A stretch of DNA of 64,000 nucleotides from a virus. Location of the stretch: the IMG/VR virus record IMGVR_UViG_3300027754_003435; one strand, written 5' to 3'. A model generated the notes under the pieces. It worked only from the letters and a program-made list of their open reading frames with translations. It had not been told where the DNA came from and searched no databases. Of this stretch, positions 58,273 through 64,000 are shown piece after piece. A program made the position numbers and the translations under genes. Position 1 is the first letter of the stretch; the number at the start of each line of letters is the position of its first letter.

Positions 58273-58409
58273 CTTTATTTACCTTTTTGTATGATGCTTT
58301 TTTACCATCATTTGCTACTAATTTGAACTATTACTTCTAACATAATAAATCCATACATTTATAAAAAATATCTAACTAAGTTTAATTACTGAGTTTATCT
58401 AACCACCTA

Positions 58410-59174
58410 TCAAAATCTATCATATTGATGCACTATTGCATAACTACTTAAATTATTCAAATCAAATTCAACAAGACCGTTTGCAATAACGTGTAGGTGT
58501 ACTGCAAAATTATCATTCAAATCAGTAAACATAACATCATCTTTGTAAGAAGTTTGAATTAAATAATTGAAAGATGTTTGGTCTGCGACTAATCGTTTCC
58601 CAACTGACATTAAATAAATGTCTCTACATATATTTTTAACGTAATGTGCAGAACCACCAAATACACCAACATTATAAACTTCTTTATCCAATAGAGTTTC
58701 TATACCAATTCCACCAAGATTTACAAACAAATGTCTTTTATTCCAATTCTCATTTTCATATTTAACCACTTCACTTGATGCAATTATCAGATTATGTGGT
58801 ATATCTGAGAATGGATCTCTATTGAAATACACATCCCTCACATCCGTAATTAACACTTTATTGAATTTACTTTCATTTAATATTTGCCATATATGAAAGA
58901 ACCGTAAGTTATGAACTAATTCATAAGATGAATTTATATCCATTGTTCCTGTATTTGTTGGAAACTGTATTGTAAATTCCCCATACATATTATGTTCTGG
59001 TAAAATAACTTCAACTTTGTTTTCCGTTAAATACGGTACTAACTCTGAATTAGGATTGTTATTATATAACAATAATATTCTTTTAGCTGATATAGTGTTT
59101 GATGTTTCAACCCACTTACTAATATCGCTTACATTATAATTGCCACTTATTGCACCGATTAAAAGATTATCCAT
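58410..59174 (-). CDS. GT-A fold glycosyltransferase
   Basis: TDVRDVYF..DPF, NVGVFGG, DQ..FN and VHQYDR motifs. Confidence 0.7.
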   Translation of the reverse strand: MDNLLIGAISGNYNVSDISKWVETSNTISAKRILLLYNNNPNSELVPYLTENKVEVILPEHNMYGEFTIQFPTNTGTMDINSSYELVHNLRFFHIWQILNESKFNKVLITDVRDVYFNRDPFSDIPHNLIIASSEVVKYENENWNKRHLFVNLGGIGIETLLDKEVYNVGVFGGSAHYVKNICRDIYLMSVGKRLVADQTSFNYLIQTSYKDDVMFTDLNDNFAVHLHVIANGLVEFDLNNLSSYAIVHQYDRF

Positions 59175-59182
59175 GATTCATG

Positions 59183-59806
59183 CTAAATAGTTGTATAAAA
59201 TTCATTTTGCTTTTCTTGACGTTCTATTGTTTTTGAATGTAACAAACAATACTCAACTTCTTCTGGTAGTGTGGAGTAAGTAGTATATCCAGTTAACCTC
59301 TCATGTACTTTGTTTTTCCAAACAATGGATTCTTTGTTTCTATAAATTCTTGTTTGTAAATCTGGCCAATTCACTCTACCTTCTTTATCATAATTCCAAC
59401 CCCATCGCTTTATATGCTCTTCTGATATTCCGTGAACAGTATTCCACCGTGGAACTAAAAACATATCAAGTTCTTTATTTTCTTTTAAAATATCGTATAT
59501 GTTAAGTAATAAACTCGTAGTTGGTATTTCGTCAGCATCAATATTAAAAATCCATTCTTTAGTGCAATGTTTTTTTAAGTTATTTTTAAATTGTGCAAAA
59601 TCTTTATTTAATGGATATTCGATAACAACAAAATTATCTATCTGGTTTCTGTAAAAATCTATCACCGTTCTAACAGAACTAGTTACAGACATAGTATCCA
59701 TTTGAATAACTATTTCATCGTATTTACTTATTCTATCTTTCAAGAACCCCAATAAATTATCTAATTCTTTGTCTTCATTGCAAACAGTAATGGTGTACGA
59801 AATCAT
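59183..59806 (-). CDS. Glycosyltransferase family 2
   Basis: ISYTITVCNE, FNIDADE and WPDLQTRIY motifs. Confidence 0.85.
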   Translation of the reverse strand: MISYTITVCNEDKELDNLLGFLKDRISKYDEIVIQMDTMSVTSSVRTVIDFYRNQIDNFVVIEYPLNKDFAQFKNNLKKHCTKEWIFNIDADEIPTTSLLLNIYDILKENKELDMFLVPRWNTVHGISEEHIKRWGWNYDKEGRVNWPDLQTRIYRNKESIVWKNKVHERLTGYTTYSTLPEEVEYCLLHSKTIERQEKQNEFYTTI

Positions 59807-59808
59807 AG

Positions 59809-61167
59809 TTATTCTCCATCATTAGAGATTTTTCTTAGAGTTGGTAGTTTCTTTAATTGAGGCAGATTCAGTTGCATTTTCTGTGCAAATTTTGGTAATT
59901 TTTCATCGAGTAATGTTTGAAACTTTTTGTGCATTGAATCATAAGACCAACGAGATTCTATTTCCCTTATTGATTTTTTTGAACTGTTTAAGTATTTACT
60001 ATAATTGTTATATACCTTATCCAATACTTTTGCAGCAGCAACATAATCAACCGTGAACCAATGTGAACCTGCATTCAAAACACCTTCCCAAACAGCACTC
60101 TTGTGAACTTCTGTTAGATTGCCCTTTAACTGTATGTGAAACGCCTCATTCACAAAATCAGTTTGTCCACTCCAACCAGAAACAATTACTGGTTTACCAC
60201 TAGTAATGAATTCTGCAATAGGTCTTCCATATCCCTCACCTTTAGTAAATGAAACAAATGCTTTAACTTTTTTGTGATTGTACAAAGAATTCATTTCAGC
60301 GTCTGTTAACTCACCGTGGAGTACATATATACTTGGCAATAACTTCTTTTTAGACATACGTTTTATCAAAGATATTTTTTCAAGTATTTTACTCCTATCC
60401 AATAAAGAGAATGTACCAGCAGACGCTTTGAGTAAAAGTGCAGGTGGATTTGGAGTGTCTCCAAATGTTTCCAAGAATGTATATATCAAACCAGATATAT
60501 CTTTTCTATCTTGACCAAAGTCTCCTTTCATCCAATGTCCAACGAATAGAAAACAAAAATCTTCTTTTATAGAATTTAATGTAGTCTCAACTATTGTTTC
60601 CATTGAATTATTTTTATTATAAATATCTGTTCTAACACCTTCATGTAAAACTTCTATTGGAACATTAACTTCTACTGTACCAATAACCTGATTCGATTCT
60701 TTATCTCTTTTTTCATACTTGGTATTTTGAAATACGTGTTTTGCATGCTTAGACGGAACTATAACTAAATTCATTCTATTACACCCCTCAATCCATTCTC
60801 CAGAGCATATATCGGTTTCAATTCCAGCTGTAATACCTATGTTATATTTACCAACTGCTTGAAATTCGTTTGGTATAGTACATTGTACCCAAACGTCTGG
60901 TTGAGATTGTAATCCTGGAATTATTAAATCTTTTATTTGTCTATGTTCTGGATTATCGGTATCTAAAGCGTTCATCGGTGTGTCACCCCAATTAATAGAA
61001 ATAACACGTATATTAAACTTATCCATCTTCATTAAAGAGAGTAGCATATCTCGTGCATGAGCACCATACCCACTCATTGTTGAAACTGGTCCACAAAATA
61101 CTAATTCTGGTTTAAAACTCATATATTCCTCACGCCTTATGTAATTCAAAACGATTTCTTGATTCAA
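59809..61167 (-). CDS. Glycosyltransferase family 4 (GT-B)
   Basis: SGYG, RK and EGYGRPIAEF motifs. Confidence 0.88.
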   Translation of the reverse strand: MNQEIVLNYIRREEYMSFKPELVFCGPVSTMSGYGAHARDMLLSLMKMDKFNIRVISINWGDTPMNALDTDNPEHRQIKDLIIPGLQSQPDVWVQCTIPNEFQAVGKYNIGITAGIETDICSGEWIEGCNRMNLVIVPSKHAKHVFQNTKYEKRDKESNQVIGTVEVNVPIEVLHEGVRTDIYNKNNSMETIVETTLNSIKEDFCFLFVGHWMKGDFGQDRKDISGLIYTFLETFGDTPNPPALLLKASAGTFSLLDRSKILEKISLIKRMSKKKLLPSIYVLHGELTDAEMNSLYNHKKVKAFVSFTKGEGYGRPIAEFITSGKPVIVSGWSGQTDFVNEAFHIQLKGNLTEVHKSAVWEGVLNAGSHWFTVDYVAAAKVLDKVYNNYSKYLNSSKKSIREIESRWSYDSMHKKFQTLLDEKLPKFAQKMQLNLPQLKKLPTLRKISNDGE

Positions 61168-62566
61168 AATTATTTAGACTATTATTAATAGATTCGTATA
61201 TACGATCACACATATTAGTCTTTGACATTCCAACTTCTACATTCATAATAAATTCTCTTCCTTTTAATCCTGCGAGTTTTCTTTCTTCCTTTGGGGTTTT
61301 ATACCATTCATATAAAGCATGTCCTATTTCTCTGAAATCTGCTCTATCATCAAAAATATAAGGAGTTGCAACAGAACCTTGTAATGAAATGTTTGATGGC
61401 CAAACTGGCTTAACCCACTCACCGTGTTCTAAATGTCCCCACTCATCTTTTCTATGAAGTGTGTGTACTTCCAAATAGTCTTCTTCTGTAAAATACTTAT
61501 TTGTAGTTGGATTGATAAATCCACATTGGTCTTGTAAACCACCCGTAACGTTTACCACAATAGGTGTTCCTGCTGCAAGTGCTTCTGCTGTTCCTAACCC
61601 AAATCCTTCATTTGAAGCCATATTCATAACAACATCTGCACAATTGTATAATATGTTCAGCTTTTCACTCGGAACTACGTTCTCATCAAATAATACAGAA
61701 TATTCATTACAGAGTTCACCTACTAATGCAACTAAGTCTGTACCATTGGGGTCAATTGGTTGAGTATGCATGAATAACATACAGTCATCTACTGCGTTAC
61801 CACCGTTTTTATCCACAAGTTGACAAAAGTGTTTATATGCAAGAATAACATCACCCGGATGCTTACGATGAATATTTCTATTATTCCACATAACAATAAA
61901 CTTATTCGGTTTATCACCACGAAGTTTTTTACTTTCTTCTTGTAATTCTTTCCATTGGTTATGAGTTGCTGTATACTCTTCTCTAATCGGATGAAACATA
62001 TCAGTATCAATTCCATGTGGCACATAGGTTATTCTACGCTTTGAAACTTCTTCTCCAAATCTTTTGAGTACCCTATTATTTATACCATACGTTTGTTTTG
62101 AAATTGCCAATAATAAATCACAACTAGCATACGCTTCTTTATTCCACATTGGATCTGTTGGTGAATTTCCAACTAATCCCACACCATCCCATATATTCAA
62201 GTACATTAGTGGAATTTTAGTTCTTATTTCATGTTCCATATTATACAACCATCCCCAAAATCTTGGGTCTGTGAAGTGTAAAATTGCGTCTGGCTTTTCA
62301 GTATCAATTAATTTTCTTAATAAAAATGGATCACCATATCCATCATTGCAATAAATTTTAATAGAAGCGTCACTAATACCAGTTCTATTTTTTACATCCT
62401 CTGATAAATCTAAAATTTTACCTTTTTCTGGATGATTAATTGCAGCACCCACTTGTATCCAGTCAAAATGCTGTACCGTTCCTATAACTATATCACGAGA
62501 AACGGTTGCTATACCAGACGTTAATCTTAAATCGTCAGATAATAATAATATTTTTTTCTTTGCCAT
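61130..62566 (-). CDS. Glycosyltransferase family 4 (GT-B)
   Basis: SGIA, HG.D, RK and NEGFGLGTAEALAAGTP motifs. Confidence 0.9.
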   Translation of the reverse strand: MAKKKILLLSDDLRLTSGIATVSRDIVIGTVQHFDWIQVGAAINHPEKGKILDLSEDVKNRTGISDASIKIYCNDGYGDPFLLRKLIDTEKPDAILHFTDPRFWGWLYNMEHEIRTKIPLMYLNIWDGVGLVGNSPTDPMWNKEAYASCDLLLAISKQTYGINNRVLKRFGEEVSKRRITYVPHGIDTDMFHPIREEYTATHNQWKELQEESKKLRGDKPNKFIVMWNNRNIHRKHPGDVILAYKHFCQLVDKNGGNAVDDCMLFMHTQPIDPNGTDLVALVGELCNEYSVLFDENVVPSEKLNILYNCADVVMNMASNEGFGLGTAEALAAGTPIVVNVTGGLQDQCGFINPTTNKYFTEEDYLEVHTLHRKDEWGHLEHGEWVKPVWPSNISLQGSVATPYIFDDRADFREIGHALYEWYKTPKEERKLAGLKGREFIMNVEVGMSKTNMCDRIYESINNSLNNFESRNRFELHKA

Positions 62567-62595
62567 ACAAAACCTTTATAAATTTAATTTATTTT

Positions 62596-62757
62596 TCAAA
62601 TAGATAAACTACCAGACAAATGTGTTTGAATCAACTTCTCAACCAACCCACTTAATTTGTAACCGTTTTCGGTACAATATTTTAACAAATCTTCTTTTAT
62701 AGATTGCCGAAGTTGAATACTTGAATATTTAGATTTTTCATCCACGATTTTCTCCAA
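62596..62757 (-). CDS. Ribbon-helix-helix-like small DNA-binding protein (53 aa)
   Basis: Manual ORF MEKIVDEKSKYSSIQLRQSIKEDLLKYCTENGYKLSGLVEKLI...; strand-helix-helix pattern at the head of the glyco operon. Confidence 0.55.
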   Translation of the reverse strand: MEKIVDEKSKYSSIQLRQSIKEDLLKYCTENGYKLSGLVEKLIQTHLSGSLSI

Positions 62758-62830
62758 TGTTTATATGAATTCCATACATACATAAGTATGTACTAATTAT
62801 AGAAAACAGTAGAAAATAGTAGAAAATATT

Positions 62831-63742
62831 TTAGAACGGTAGGGTATTTCTTTTTTCTTTTGGACATAGTTCTTCAGACTTGTTGAAATCACAAAATTTA
62901 CAATTATAATAGTCATTACCACCTTCTGGTGTATAAACAACATCTAACTTAAATTCACCGTCTTCTGTAAAGTTGGTGGTTATAAATTCGTGTATTTCTT
63001 TTTGAATTTGATTCTGAGAAACTTTTCCATGTGATGGTTCAAATCGTTGAACTCTTTTTTTCATTACTTCATATTCAGCATCTTCCCGTATCTTTCTTCT
63101 TAGAATAAGATATTCAATGTGAATATTTTCTGGACTAACATTGTATTGTTTTGCGTAATATGTTTTATACAAAACAAGTTGCGATACTTTTGCTTTATCA
63201 TTCTTTTGATACTTACCCCATCCACCAGTACTTGTTTTGAAATCGTATATATAAATCTCATCTGTTTTTGTATTCTTTATTACCAAATCCAAAAATCCAA
63301 CAAGTCTTACAGTTGAATGAGTTTCAAGTGGAATTATATTAATAGGTAATTCTATTCCAACTAACTCATAATCTTTCTTTAAGAAGAAGTCTGCTCTATG
63401 TGCCTTGAACCATTTTAGAATTTCAATACCATCATTACAATACTCAGCAAGTTCATTTTGATTTGAGAAATGTACACCATTTGTTTCGGTAAGTATTTTT
63501 TTATAATGTTCCTTCAAACCATTCTGAAGCATAGTATCTAATTCTAAAGCATTAGCCTCGTTTATTGATTTTTCATATATAGTCTTTACATATTCTTGTA
63601 GAACTTCATGCATTACCGTTCCAAACAACATTGCTATGTTTGGGGTAAAAATACCAACCTTATCTTTGTAAACAAGTTTCCATCGGTGAGAACAACCTTT
63701 CCACATTTGATATTGTGAAAATGATATTTTTTTATCAGACAT
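62831..63742 (-). CDS. PD-(D/E)XK exonuclease, Cas4/AddB-like with Fe-S cysteines
   Basis: N-terminal Cys, FG...HE, GFLDL...DFKT, QL..Y and C-terminal CKFC...C. Confidence 0.85.
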   Translation of the reverse strand: MSDKKISFSQYQMWKGCSHRWKLVYKDKVGIFTPNIAMLFGTVMHEVLQEYVKTIYEKSINEANALELDTMLQNGLKEHYKKILTETNGVHFSNQNELAEYCNDGIEILKWFKAHRADFFLKKDYELVGIELPINIIPLETHSTVRLVGFLDLVIKNTKTDEIYIYDFKTSTGGWGKYQKNDKAKVSQLVLYKTYYAKQYNVSPENIHIEYLILRRKIREDAEYEVMKKRVQRFEPSHGKVSQNQIQKEIHEFITTNFTEDGEFKLDVVYTPEGGNDYYNCKFCDFNKSEELCPKEKRNTLPF

Positions 63743-63950
63743 TTTGTTTTTTTGCTCTTAATGGTACAAATAAATTGACAATTGGTAAGTTACCAGTATC
63801 GTAGAATACACCACTAAAGAATTGACCTGCTGTTCTAAACATAGCATCATAATCTATTACACCGTATTGGTTTACGGACGATTGCATTATCTTGAAAGCG
63901 TTTGGATTTTTGATAGCAAGTGAATCTGGATTTGTTTGATACTCCTTCAA
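63735..63950 (-). CDS. Hypothetical protein; true start may lie further upstream
   Basis: ORF track. Confidence 0.5.
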   Translation of the reverse strand: MKEYQTNPDSLAIKNPNAFKIMQSSVNQYGVIDYDAMFRTAGQFFSGVFYDTGNLPIVNLFVPLRAKKQNV

Positions 63951-64000
63951 TATCTGCGATACGTTTAGTATTTTAGTACCATCATATTCTGCTGCATATA

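Noticed and set aside
62831-63742. Cas4-like nuclease as a sign of a CRISPR system
   Set aside because: Solo Cas4/AddB-like nucleases are common in phages, and no array or other cas gene is in the window.

Overview
This window is a gene-dense, AT-rich segment of a large T4-like tailed phage. The standard genetic code reads cleanly. Phage hallmarks are a gp5-like baseplate protein, a gp55-like sigma factor, ThyX, UvsE, a CHAP lysin with a holin-like gene, ArdA, a Cas4-like nuclease and tRNA-Glu. The host is probably in the Bacteroidota/FCB group: many TTTG-N19-20-TAnnTTTG promoters are present, along with a T9SS C-terminal domain protein, a CarboxypepD-type TonB-dependent receptor, DUF4494-like and FISUMP proteins, and GroEL/GroES. 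About 12 kb is a glycosyltransferase island. The strongest unexplained signal is that about 10 otherwise unrelated enzymes share an N-terminal tag, MIKL(K/S/T)(D/E)(L/I)L..[LI]xE. They include four ADP-ribosyltransferase-like proteins, a P-loop kinase, a HAD phosphatase, a DHH phosphoesterase and a WYL-like protein. The tag resembles the T4 capsid-targeting sequence, which suggests a virion-preloaded effector toolkit; one Ntn-hydrolase appears set up to be activated by the same LxE cleavage. Other notable observations are a 5'-3' long-range RNA pairing around a lytic transglycosylase gene, a conserved 28-nt leader on early genes, gene-junction duplications that flank cassettes, and a 2-kb origin-like non-coding region. 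All family assignments come from motif recognition by eye; no database searches were run.
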